Source: a virus
Taxonomy: Duplodnaviria; Caudoviricetes
Direction: 5' to 3' (one strand)
DNA length: 64,000 nucleotides
IMG/VR virus record: IMGVR_UViG_3300049595_005065
A model generated the notes under the pieces. It made no database searches. It was not told the DNA's origin and worked only from the letters and a program-made list of their open reading frames with translations. This document shows, in pieces, positions 46,326 to 54,578 of this stretch. The stretch's first letter is position 1. Each line of letters begins with the position of its first letter. The position numbers were made by a program, and so were the translations under genes.

Positions 46326-46587
46326 CGACCAACTTGCGCGGTGCAAGTACGCCGTGTCGCGTCTCATGCAGGCGCTGCCGAAACACTACGTCGGCGAGAC
46401 GCGGGTTGAGATCGCGGCCCATGAGATCGACGACCTCAATGTTTTTCTGCAGAACGCGGAAAACATGATCAATATTGCCCGCAACCTGGGCGAGATCCGG
46501 GTGGAATTGTTGACCCGGCTCGAGCGAGCGGAGGCCTTTCTTCAGCTTTATCCGGAGCCCTGGGCCGCGTACAAGGCGCAGAGCTAA
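46303..46587 (+). CDS. Hypothetical protein
   Basis: GGAGG RBS. Confidence 0.6.
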   Translation: MMKMAMIDDQLARCKYAVSRLMQALPKHYVGETRVEIAAHEIDDLNVFLQNAENMINIARNLGEIRVELLTRLERAEAFLQLYPEPWAAYKAQS

Positions 46588-46611
46588 CACACCTAGAAAA
46601 GGAGATTTCCT

Positions 46612-46995
46612 GTGGAGGAGACGCAGATTCCCGCGCGGCAGCGGGTCAAGATCACGGTCGAGCTCGAATGCGACCGCGAGCAATTTCCGGGCTGGGGCTA
46701 CGATCCCCAGGACATGGCCAAGGCCGCTGCCGAGCGTGCCGCGGCGGTGCTTGCGTCTTACAACCCGACGGTGACGCGCGCGCTTTGGTTGCCGGGCGAT
46801 GAGCGCTGGCTCGTTGACGAGATCGCTCGGGTGAAGAACATCGACAAGTCCCAGGCGCGACGTCTGATCGCCACGGGGCAGGTTGAGGTCAACTTCAAAA
46901 AGGTCGAAGACATGTCGACCACGGTGCGGCCTGGCGACACAGTCGAGGTTTTCAACAACACCCGGTTGATCAGTCAGGGCTGGCCAGTGAAATAG
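46612..46995 (+). CDS. S4-domain RNA-binding protein
   Basis: LVDEIARVKNIDKSQARRLIATGQVEVNFKKV..STTVRPGDTVEV. Confidence 0.8.
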   Translation: MEETQIPARQRVKITVELECDREQFPGWGYDPQDMAKAAAERAAAVLASYNPTVTRALWLPGDERWLVDEIARVKNIDKSQARRLIATGQVEVNFKKVEDMSTTVRPGDTVEVFNNTRLISQGWPVK

Positions 46996-47000
46996 TTTTA

Positions 47001-47070
47001 CGGGCAGAGCGCAACGCAGCGCCTGGCAGTACCCAACCTGCCAGCTCGGGTTCGTTCCCCGACTGCCCCC
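47001..47070 (+). ncRNA. Non-canonical tRNA-like cloverleaf
   Basis: Acceptor GGGCAG/CTGCCC; 1-nt linker; D arm GCGC-AACGCA-GCGC; arm CTGGCAG-TACCCAAC-CTGCCAG; T arm TCGGG-TTCGTTC-CCCGA; no CCA. Confidence 0.65.
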
Positions 47071-47186
47071 TGTGCGCGACCAGTCAACCCGCCTCTTTTC
47101 AGCCACTCTACGGGTCCAAACCGATGGGTGAGGGGCTATGGCAGCTGGTCGTGCTGGTTCGTTTCCTGGTCTCAAGGAGGATTCCA

Positions 47187-47528
47187 ATGGTTCGCATTGT
47201 TTTTGCTCTCGTGCTCGTCGGCCTCGGTGTGGGAATCGCCGAGGCGGCTCCGCGTCGTACGAACGTGACGTACAGCCAGCCCACGCCGAGCTACGTCGTG
47301 GACAGCGAGGGCAGCGACCAGGCCCGCTGCCAGCAGGAGGCCAACATCATGGCCTCCCGCCGGTTCTGCGGGCACGTCGGTTCGTGCATCGGCCGGTTCG
47401 AGGGTGTTGGGATGGGCAGCTCGCCCAACTGCAACACCTGCACGCCGGGCTCGGGCATGCGCCTGACGGGCGATGCCTCGGCGCAGGGTTCGGACGGCCG
47501 GTGGTACCGCGTCCGCAGCTGGCGCTGA
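47187..47528 (+). CDS. Secreted Cys-containing small protein
   Basis: AAGGAGG RBS; signal peptide; five Cys. Confidence 0.7.
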   Translation: MVRIVFALVLVGLGVGIAEAAPRRTNVTYSQPTPSYVVDSEGSDQARCQQEANIMASRRFCGHVGSCIGRFEGVGMGSSPNCNTCTPGSGMRLTGDASAQGSDGRWYRVRSWR

Positions 47529-47597
47529 TAGACTGAGGTCAACACACCGGGCGCACCGCTCGCCGCAAGGCTGACGTGCATCAAGGCCCGGTTTTCG

Positions 47598-47643
47598 GGG
47601 CGGGCGCTACTGGGGAACTCGGTGGCGCCCGCCCTTTTCTTTT
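47598..47643 (+). terminator. Intrinsic terminator
   Basis: GGGCGGGCGC/GCGCCCGCCC stem followed by TTTTCTTTT. Confidence 0.85.
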
Positions 47644-47655
47644 CCTGGAGGAACC

Positions 47656-48168
47656 ATGAAACCCAAGTTCGAGCACGACTGCGAAAACTGCACGTTTCTC
47701 GGTCATTTCTATGACCACGACGTGTACCAGTGCGGCAAGAGCCTGGTCGCCCGCTACAGCAGCGAAGGCAGCCAGTACTGGTCGATGCCGCAAAGCCTTG
47801 TGGTGGATAGCCTCGGTCGTGACGGCTGGCAAGAAGATCAGGGCATGCGAGCTGTCGTGGCGGCCATCTTCTGCCGCAACGTCGGCGAGCTGCCCGCGGA
47901 GCAGCGAAAGTGCGAGTCGATTCACGATGTCAAGCGGGCCGTGTCAAAGCTGCGCTGGGACATGCTCTTCAACCCGAGCAGTGATGTTGTCCCAGATCCA
48001 GCCTGGGGCCTGGAAGCCGACACGGCCTTCCAGCATTTCTATATCGCCCGCAGCTTGCTCGAGCAGGCCGAGCACCATCTAAGCATTGCGGCTGCCCACG
48101 ACCGGGTGTGCTGGGAGAAGTTCCGCCAGTTCCGTGAAACCCAGGAGACTGCAAATGACGGGACTTGA
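47656..48168 (+). CDS. Hypothetical phage protein
   Basis: GGAGG RBS; HDCENC motif. Confidence 0.65.
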   Translation: MKPKFEHDCENCTFLGHFYDHDVYQCGKSLVARYSSEGSQYWSMPQSLVVDSLGRDGWQEDQGMRAVVAAIFCRNVGELPAEQRKCESIHDVKRAVSKLRWDMLFNPSSDVVPDPAWGLEADTAFQHFYIARSLLEQAEHHLSIAAAHDRVCWEKFRQFRETQETANDGT

Positions 48169-48409
48169 GGACTGGATAGATATCTTTGCGCCGCACGCGC
48201 GGCGCGAGGAGGGCGTGACTCTGAGCGTTTCGGAGGTCACGCGGCTGGTGTTCGATCTCGAGGCAGCGCGGGCTGCCGTTATGGAGGAGCCTGAAAGGCC
48301 ATGGGACCGTATCGCTGTTCCGTCCGGTTCTTCGTGTCGTACTTCAGCAAGGAGTATCAGCAGATCCTGCAGCTCGGAATGGACAACCGCCGCCACACAG
48401 CCGAGCTGA
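48155..48409 (+). CDS. Small hypothetical protein
   Basis: AGGAG RBS, ATG at 48155. Confidence 0.5.
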   Translation: MTGLEDWIDIFAPHARREEGVTLSVSEVTRLVFDLEAARAAVMEEPERPWDRIAVPSGSSCRTSARSISRSCSSEWTTAATQPS

Positions 48410-48525
48410 TCCGCACCTGCCGCGCTGCTGGCGACAAGGTGCTTCGTGTGCGGGAAAGAATGTTCAGCGGCAGAATGGTCGATCGGTTCGTTTCCAACAC
48501 CTGTTTTGAAAGGGGCCTGATATGA
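48301..48525 (+). CDS. Small hypothetical protein
   Basis: GAAAGG RBS; coupled to the next gene. Confidence 0.5.
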   Translation: MGPYRCSVRFFVSYFSKEYQQILQLGMDNRRHTAELIRTCRAAGDKVLRVRERMFSGRMVDRFVSNTCFERGLI

Positions 48526-48893
48526 CGAAGATCGTGATCAACCGTCGCTACGGAGGCTTCGACCTGTCTGCAGCGGCCCAGGTGAGGCTCTTTCAGCTTG
48601 GCTCGCCTTACGTGCGGGGTTTGTCGCCAGAGGTGCTCACCGAGTGGCACAACGACGACGCGCACTTTTTTTATTCCTGGGAGATTCCGCGCCACGACGC
48701 GTTACTCATTCAGGTGGTTGAGGAGCTGGGGCTCAAGCAAGCCAGCGGACGTTGCGCGGAGTTGGTGATCGTCGAAATCCCGGGTAACCTGTATCGGATT
48801 CGGGAGTACGATGGCCTCGAGTCAGTCGAGACGCCTGAGACGCTCGACTGGATCGACGCCAGCCAGGCGCCGAAGCCGGTGGCCCAGAGTTAA
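48522..48893 (+). CDS. Hypothetical phage protein
   Basis: KIVINRRYGGFDLS...IREYDGLESV. Confidence 0.75.
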   Translation: MTKIVINRRYGGFDLSAAAQVRLFQLGSPYVRGLSPEVLTEWHNDDAHFFYSWEIPRHDALLIQVVEELGLKQASGRCAELVIVEIPGNLYRIREYDGLESVETPETLDWIDASQAPKPVAQS

Positions 48894-48899
48894 TGTTCA

Positions 48900-49245
<346 letters not shown>

Positions 49246-49248
49246 TTG

Positions 49249-49288
49249 CCAAGGCCCGCTTGCGATACGTTTCGCAGGCGGGCCTTGG
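49249..49288 (+). terminator. Hairpin/terminator downstream of tmRNA
   Basis: CCAAGGCCCGC..TGCGA / TCGCA..GCGGGCCTTGG. Confidence 0.7.
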
Positions 49289-49316
49289 TGTTTCTGTAAC
49301 CACAAAGGAGCACAGC

Positions 49317-49775
49317 ATGGCTTTCTGGCTCGATAAGGTCGGCGGTCTGATGATGGGCTCGGTGAAGCTGTACGGCGACACCGAGCTGACGCGGGACGAA
49401 TATCAGCAGCTCTTCGACTTCGCGCCCGAGCACCGCGCGCAGGCGTTGCCGAGCCTCCGGGTGGTGCCCGAGTACGAGGCCGCCCGCGAGGCGCACATGC
49501 TCGCGGTGGTCGAGGAGGTCTCGGCGAGTGACGAGGCCGACAAGGCCCGCGCGGCGTACGAGGCCTTCCAGGTGGCGCACAACGCCGCGGCCCAGCTCGA
49601 CCCCAACGCCCCCGAGGCGCCCAAGGTCGAGCTCGACGCGGCCAAGGCGCTAGCGGACGAGGCGGAGGCCAAGTACCAGGCCGCCGCCGAGGCGCAGAAG
49701 GTGGCTTACGCCAATCTCCAGGAGCTGGCGGCGGTCGTGGAGAAGATGCCGCTCAAGCGCGTTCTGGCGGCGTGA
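49317..49775 (+). CDS. Ala/Glu-rich helical hypothetical protein
   Basis: AAAGGAG RBS. Confidence 0.7.
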   Translation: MAFWLDKVGGLMMGSVKLYGDTELTRDEYQQLFDFAPEHRAQALPSLRVVPEYEAAREAHMLAVVEEVSASDEADKARAAYEAFQVAHNAAAQLDPNAPEAPKVELDAAKALADEAEAKYQAAAEAQKVAYANLQELAAVVEKMPLKRVLAA

Positions 49776-50074
49776 AGCTGTTCCTCGACGATCTCCGGGC
49801 GCCCCCCGGCCCGGAGTACGTCGTGGCCAGGTCCACGGACGAGGCGCTGGTGCTCGTCCAAGAGCGCTGGCCCTCGTTCATGAGCCTGGACCACGACCTG
49901 GGCGGCGAAGACACGACGATGATGTTTCTTCGCAGGTTGGTTAACGAAGTCTGGGACGGCTCGGCGCCAGTTCCAGAATACGCAGTTCACTCGGCCAATC
50001 CAGTCGGCCGGTTGAACATCATCGCGTTCATGGAGAGTTGGAAAAAGTCGCTTGGCGCCGGACCTACGCAGTAG
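49772..50074 (+). CDS. Cyclic-phosphate-processing receiver-like domain protein
   Basis: KLFLDDLR; SLDHDLG; VHSANPVG. Confidence 0.8.
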   Translation: MKLFLDDLRAPPGPEYVVARSTDEALVLVQERWPSFMSLDHDLGGEDTTMMFLRRLVNEVWDGSAPVPEYAVHSANPVGRLNIIAFMESWKKSLGAGPTQ

Positions 50075-50115
50075 TTTCGCCCGGCGGTATCTTTGAGTGG
50101 CGCGCGCTGCTCTTC

Positions 50116-51322
50116 GCGAATAGATATCTAACCTGGCCCTATCTTGGCCGGGAGTCCCATTCCCTTGCGAAAGGAAACCTATGTCCCTGTTTTCAAAGTC
50201 CGGCAACGTGTGGCACCCGCATCGGGAAGCGGCGCTCAATCTACAAGACCGTTTGCCCGCGGGTACCTACACGGTCAAGCAGAACCAGATGACTCAAGAG
50301 TTCTATCTCGAGGCGATCGACAGCTTCACGTTGCCCGACCGGATCTACGGGGATATCGCCCGGCAGACCAACCGGATCATCCGGTCGTTCTCGGAGCGCC
50401 CGGCCGGTACCGGCGTGCTGCTGGTCGGCGAGAAGGGTTCTGGCAAGACCCTGCTCAGCAAGAACGTCTGCATGAACCTGCAGCGCGTCGGCGTGCCCAC
50501 GATCGTGATCAACCACCCGTGGCACGGCGACGAGTTCAACGCGTTCATCCAGACGATCGAGCAGCCCGCTGTGATCCTCTTCGATGAGTTCGAGAAGAAC
50601 TACAAGCGGGAAGTCCAAGAACAGCTGTTGACGCTCCTGGACGGCGTGTTTCCCAGCAAGAAGCTGTTCATGCTCACATGCAACGATCAGTACCGAATCG
50701 ACTCGCATATGCGCAATCGGCCGGGACGGATCTACTACTTCGTCAAGTTCGCTGGGCTGGGCGAGGAGTTCGTGGAGGAGTACTGCCAGGACAACCTGCT
50801 GGATACCCAGTACATCGAGAAGATCGTGCAAATCTCCAAGATGTACGGCCAGTTCAACTTCGACATGCTGCAGAGCCTGGTCGAAGAGATGAACCGGTTT
50901 GACGAAGATCCCATAGCGGCGCTTGAGATGCTCAACGCCAAACCCGAAGAGGACGGCGGCGGCAAGTACGCCGTTCAGATCATCCACGAGGGCTTGGTGT
51001 ACGAGGGCAAGGACATCGACGAAGGCTCGACGTTCACCGGCAATCCGCTGGTAAACGACGTCGACGTCGGGATCTATCTCCGGGGCGAAGGCGCGCCGGG
51101 CGCTCAGGACGACGAGGACGATGACAACCCGGCCACGGAAAACCGAAAGTACCTGTCGCTGGACTTCACGCCGGAGGACTTCGTCAGGTTCGATCCTGTC
51201 AATGGGCAATTCGTCTTCCAGAACGACAAGGCGATGTGCATTTTGACCCGTGTCCGGGAGCGCGCCAGGCACAACATGCTGGCATTCTGACCGGGCTGTT
51301 TTCTGCGAATAGATATCTAACC
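50116..51322 (+). repeat. 18-bp identical direct repeats flanking the AAA ATPase gene
   Basis: GCGAATAGATATCTAACC at 50116-50133 and 51305-51322. Confidence 0.9.
50181..51290 (+). CDS. AAA+ ATPase
   Basis: GEKGSGKT; LFDEFEK; LLDG; RPGR. Confidence 0.9.
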   Translation: MSLFSKSGNVWHPHREAALNLQDRLPAGTYTVKQNQMTQEFYLEAIDSFTLPDRIYGDIARQTNRIIRSFSERPAGTGVLLVGEKGSGKTLLSKNVCMNLQRVGVPTIVINHPWHGDEFNAFIQTIEQPAVILFDEFEKNYKREVQEQLLTLLDGVFPSKKLFMLTCNDQYRIDSHMRNRPGRIYYFVKFAGLGEEFVEEYCQDNLLDTQYIEKIVQISKMYGQFNFDMLQSLVEEMNRFDEDPIAALEMLNAKPEEDGGGKYAVQIIHEGLVYEGKDIDEGSTFTGNPLVNDVDVGIYLRGEGAPGAQDDEDDDNPATENRKYLSLDFTPEDFVRFDPVNGQFVFQNDKAMCILTRVRERARHNMLAF

Positions 51323-51379
51323 CGCCCTTATTCTGGGGCGGATGGGTTCGGTGTTTCCCCCTTTTAACGAGGTGTTTCT

Positions 51380-51961
51380 ATGAAGGACTACGTTCGTTTG
51401 CTTGCCGTCGCCACCATCGTGGCCGTGTACGGTTTCCTGGTGGCGCAGGCTCGAGGGGAAAGCCCCGAGGCCATCAAGCAGGGTATCTGGGAGAACATGC
51501 AGGCCAACTTCCACGCCTGCAACGAGGAGAACCTCCCCAAGCTGCTCGCCACGGTCAGCCGCGAGCTGCCGCAGCGGGAGCTGTTTGTGGAGACCATTAA
51601 GGCCGAATGGGCGGCGGAGGACACGTACACGCGCCTGGTGGACGTCGAGGTGCTTCCGCACTCCGACGCGCCCAACGCGAACTGCACGTTCCCCTACGCC
51701 ACGGCCTGGATTACGCAGCAGACGATTCGGCCTAACAGCCAGAACATTCAGGCGTTCGAGCAGTGCAGGAACGGCCGGTGCCGGGACAAGGATCTGGCGC
51801 ATCTGTTTGCGATCAGCCCCAACCACGACACCGTTCGGTACCAGGCCCTGTTCAAGAAGGAAGGCGGCAAGTGGAAGGGCATTGCCAACCTGACCGAGCC
51901 CGAGCCGGTCGGGGCGCAGGCCGAGGCCGAGGAGACTGCCAGTGTTGGAGCCTTTAACTGA
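51380..51961 (+). CDS. Secreted hypothetical protein
   Basis: GAGG RBS; signal peptide. Confidence 0.7.
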   Translation: MKDYVRLLAVATIVAVYGFLVAQARGESPEAIKQGIWENMQANFHACNEENLPKLLATVSRELPQRELFVETIKAEWAAEDTYTRLVDVEVLPHSDAPNANCTFPYATAWITQQTIRPNSQNIQAFEQCRNGRCRDKDLAHLFAISPNHDTVRYQALFKKEGGKWKGIANLTEPEPVGAQAEAEETASVGAFN

Positions 51962-51971
51962 GGAGGTTTGC

Positions 51972-52337
51972 TTGGACGAACCCCGCGATACGGCGACCTA
52001 CAAGCCCGATACCTGCTACCAGTGTGGCGGGCAGATGGGCCTGTTCAAGCTGAAAGATACCTGGAAGATGCGGATCGATGGCGCGCTGCACCAGGTGCCC
52101 GTCTCTTCCGTGCCGTGCCGAAGGTGCCTGAACTGCGGCACGACTGTTTTGGACGGTACGTCGGATGAGATGGTGCATTACTGCTATGTGCAGTACTGCA
52201 AGAAAAACGGCCTGTACACGCGTTGGCATCGCCTCCAGCGCTGGGTGCGGCGCAGGCTGTGGGTTTACCAGTGCAGGTACAACTGGTACTTGCTGAAGTT
52301 CTACCAGTGGAGGGCTAAATGGTCGCATTCAGCATGA
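51972..52337 (+). CDS. YgiT/MqsA-type zinc-finger protein
   Basis: CYQCGG...VPCRRCLNCG; GAGGAGG RBS before TTG. Confidence 0.65.
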   Translation: MDEPRDTATYKPDTCYQCGGQMGLFKLKDTWKMRIDGALHQVPVSSVPCRRCLNCGTTVLDGTSDEMVHYCYVQYCKKNGLYTRWHRLQRWVRRRLWVYQCRYNWYLLKFYQWRAKWSHSA

Positions 52338-52549
52338 CCGAGGAAGACTCCGCTGAGGTGCTCAAGGACGTCTTCGAGCGGCACCCGCCGCCCAATGATT
52401 ACGGGCCGTTTATGTTCGGCTGTTTTGTCGCGCTGCTCAACCTCGCGCCCGACGAGCAGGCCATCGAGGAGTTCGCCGACAAGTGCGGACTCACGGTGTT
52501 TGTGAAGGTCGTCAAGCTCGACGCGCCGGACAAGCCCAAAGCGGCGTGA
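52319..52549 (+). CDS. Small hypothetical protein
   Basis: Coupled ORF. Confidence 0.5.
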   Translation: MVAFSMTEEDSAEVLKDVFERHPPPNDYGPFMFGCFVALLNLAPDEQAIEEFADKCGLTVFVKVVKLDAPDKPKAA

Positions 52550-52564
52550 TCTGCGTAGAGAACG

Positions 52565-52619
52565 CCGCCTGCAGTCCGGGCTACGCGCCCGGGCTCAGGC
52601 GGTTTCTTTTTGCTATCAG
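52565..52619 (+). terminator. Intrinsic terminator followed by GCTATCAG
   Basis: CCGCCTG..CCGGGC/GCCCGG..CAGGCGG followed by TTTCTTTTT. Confidence 0.8.
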
Positions 52620-52663
52620 CGGTTACACTACAGGCTGGTTTCCTCACACACAGGAGTTTCATC

Positions 52664-52846
52664 ATGCAGGCAGAAGTCTACGTTCAGGGTCAGTTCTACA
52701 AGGTCATGGAGGCTGAGTACACGCACCAGATCCTCAACCAGGTCACCAACGACATCCAGAATGGTTTGGTGCCCCACTTCGATCCCGAGCTGCCTCACTC
52801 GATCGAGATCAGGAATATTCCGGCTCCTGCGCCCGCCGAAGGTTGA
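52664..52846 (+). CDS. Small hypothetical protein
   Basis: AGGAG RBS, ATG at 52664. Confidence 0.6.
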   Translation: MQAEVYVQGQFYKVMEAEYTHQILNQVTNDIQNGLVPHFDPELPHSIEIRNIPAPAPAEG

Positions 52847-52891
52847 GAGTCTATTGCGCATAATTTCCCAATATTTGGGAAGTCAGTTCAT

Positions 52892-52975
52892 AAGCCGTGT
52901 ATCCGTAGTTTGGCCAGTTTTGCGGTTTCTCTCGAGAAACACGCAAATTCAGGGTCAGTTACGGATACACGGTTT
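52892..52975. other. Long imperfect inverted repeat (about 84-nt hairpin/cruciform)
   Basis: CCGTGTATCCGTA (52895-52907) / TACGGATACACGG (52960-52972) enclosing TGGCC/GGTCA, TTTGCG/CGCAAA and GTTTCT-CTCG-AGAAAC. Confidence 0.85.
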
Positions 52976-53182
52976 TGTTTAGGCGCAAAACTAACTTCAG
53001 CTAAGTTCGCCGTAACTCGTTGGCGCGCAAGCATTTACGTCACGCACGTATGCCGCGCAGCACGTAAACCCTTTCTGCACAACGACTTGCGTCAAATCTC
53101 TCAAATCTAACTGCCCTGGTCAGCGCAGTCCGACTGCTCCTGGCAGCGCAGTACGCGCCCGGTTAGATATCAAACCTGGGCA

Positions 53183-53211
53183 GCTAAATCTGGGGCAAAA
53201 ACCAGGCATAT
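53183..53211 (+). promoter_or_regulatory. Promoter-like motif GCTAAA-N16-GGCATAT, copy 3
   Basis: Exact bipartite match, intergenic. Confidence 0.65.
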
Positions 53212-53255
53212 CTGATGAACAGATCGATAGCTGTCATCAACCCCCGGGAGGTTCT

Positions 53256-53396
53256 ATGTTTTCGATTCGCGCTCTTCTGTTCCTGCTGTCCATTGCGCTC
53301 GTGACCCGGCTCATCAGCTGGTCCGTTCGCGGTGGGCTGCTTCTCGTGAAGACCATCGCCTGCCTGCCCTTTCAGGTGGCGCGCTGCTTCATCTGA
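53256..53396 (+). CDS. 46-aa hydrophobic peptide (not in ORF track)
   Basis: GGGAGG RBS; MFSIRALLFLLSIALVTRLISW...CFI-TGA. Confidence 0.6.
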   Translation: MFSIRALLFLLSIALVTRLISWSVRGGLLLVKTIACLPFQVARCFI

Positions 53397-53494
53397 GCGG
53401 ACCTACGGTCGGCGGCCCTGCCTCCCAGCTGGGCCTCCATCCGTGTGTCTGTTTGTTTGGTTGGTTTCCATTCCTATGAAGGAGAGTTCTCACC

Positions 53495-53956
53495 ATGCGC
53501 AACTTCGCGCTTTTCGTGGTCGGTTTCGTGTCGGCGGTGTTCTGTGTCACGCTGGTGCCCGAGTCGGTCGTCCGGCCCCCAATCGTCGCGGCGGAGAACG
53601 CCCCTGAGATCGAGGGCATTCTCGCTGGGGCTGAGCGCTCCGGCGAGTTTTCGCGGATCGTCGTGCCCGCCGAGTACGACCTCCGCTTCCTGGCCGCCTG
53701 GGGCAGCGACGCCTCAGCGGTTGCCTCGTTCGCGCATTCTTTTCGCGAGCAGTCTGGCGCGGGGCTGACCCTGCGTCAGCGTGAGGTGGTACGGCACGAG
53801 ATCCTGCCGCGCTACAAGGCGATCGCGTATCGTCACTGGCAGTCCCTTGGGGCTGACAGGTTCATGCCCGCTGTTAAGGCGGACATCGCGCGGTTTGCTC
53901 CAGAGGTGGCGGGCATGTTGATCGCCGCCTCGGGTTCGGAGACGACTGATCTCTGA
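53495..53956 (+). CDS. Secreted or membrane hypothetical protein
   Basis: AAGGAG RBS; hydrophobic N-terminus. Confidence 0.65.
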   Translation: MRNFALFVVGFVSAVFCVTLVPESVVRPPIVAAENAPEIEGILAGAERSGEFSRIVVPAEYDLRFLAAWGSDASAVASFAHSFREQSGAGLTLRQREVVRHEILPRYKAIAYRHWQSLGADRFMPAVKADIARFAPEVAGMLIAASGSETTDL

Positions 53957-53962
53957 CCAGAG

Positions 53963-54005
53963 AAAGCGCGGACCCGGGGCGCAAGCTCCGGCTCTCCCGC
54001 TTTTT
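53963..54005 (+). terminator. Intrinsic terminator
   Basis: CCGGGGC-GCAA-GCTCCGG with outer AAAGCG/CGCTTT and a T run. Confidence 0.8.
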
Positions 54006-54023
54006 CTTAGCTATCAGCGCCCA

Positions 54024-54052
54024 GCTAAATAACAACCCAAAACCCGGCATAT
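54024..54052 (+). promoter_or_regulatory. Promoter-like motif GCTAAA-N16-GGCATAT, copy 4
   Basis: Exact bipartite match, intergenic. Confidence 0.65.
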
Positions 54053-54144
54053 CTAGTGAGCAAACCATAGGTGTCAGTGTGTACTGGCCGTGGTGCGCTC
54101 CTGGGCGCCAGCAGTTTCTGGCTCTTGCCCGAAGGGAGGCAACG

Positions 54145-54441
54145 ATGACGACGATGCAGTCGACGCAGGTGGCCCGCGCTGAGGCCGCTCTCGAATCGCT
54201 TTTCGCGTTCGAGACGATGTGTGCGGTCGCGCTCAGCAAGCACGGAAAGTGCCGTACGGCCGCAGAGATGTTCCGGCAGCTGGCCAGCCATGCTGAGCTG
54301 GTCGCCGAGAACTCGGTGGTCCTGTCGCGGGTGGCTGAAGCCCGTGGCGAGGAGGCTGCTGCGGTGGCTGAGTGGAAGGTGGTGTGTTGCGCCACGACGG
54401 TCGCCGAGGTTGCCCGTAGGCGCCTGGCGCAGTGTGCGTAA
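54145..54441 (+). CDS. Small Ala-rich hypothetical protein
   Basis: GGGAGG RBS, ATG at 54145. Confidence 0.6.
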   Translation: MTTMQSTQVARAEAALESLFAFETMCAVALSKHGKCRTAAEMFRQLASHAELVAENSVVLSRVAEARGEEAAAVAEWKVVCCATTVAEVARRRLAQCA

Positions 54442-54490
54442 GCGACGACCCCCAGGGCAATCACGCCCTGGGGGCTCTCCCGCTTTTTCT
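54440..54490 (+). terminator. Intrinsic terminator
   Basis: CCCCCAGGGC-AATCAC-GCCCTGGGGG followed by a T run. Confidence 0.8.
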
Positions 54491-54578
54491 TAGCTATCAG
54501 CGCGCCATAGATATCTTTGCCCGTTGCTGCAGCGCCCCGTATTTGCGAAGATAACGCAGTTCCCTGAAGGAGCGCGCC

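Larger units (their letters stand above)
53990..54503 (+). repeat. 31-bp identical direct repeats flanking gene 54145-54441
   Basis: GGCTCTCCCGCTTTTTCTTAGCTATCAGCGC at 53990-54020 and 54473-54503. Confidence 0.92.

Noticed and set aside
47001-47070. Standard tRNA-Gly(CCC)
   Set aside because: 8-nt loop without U33, no D-loop GG, 1-nt connector and no variable loop; reported as tRNA-like instead.
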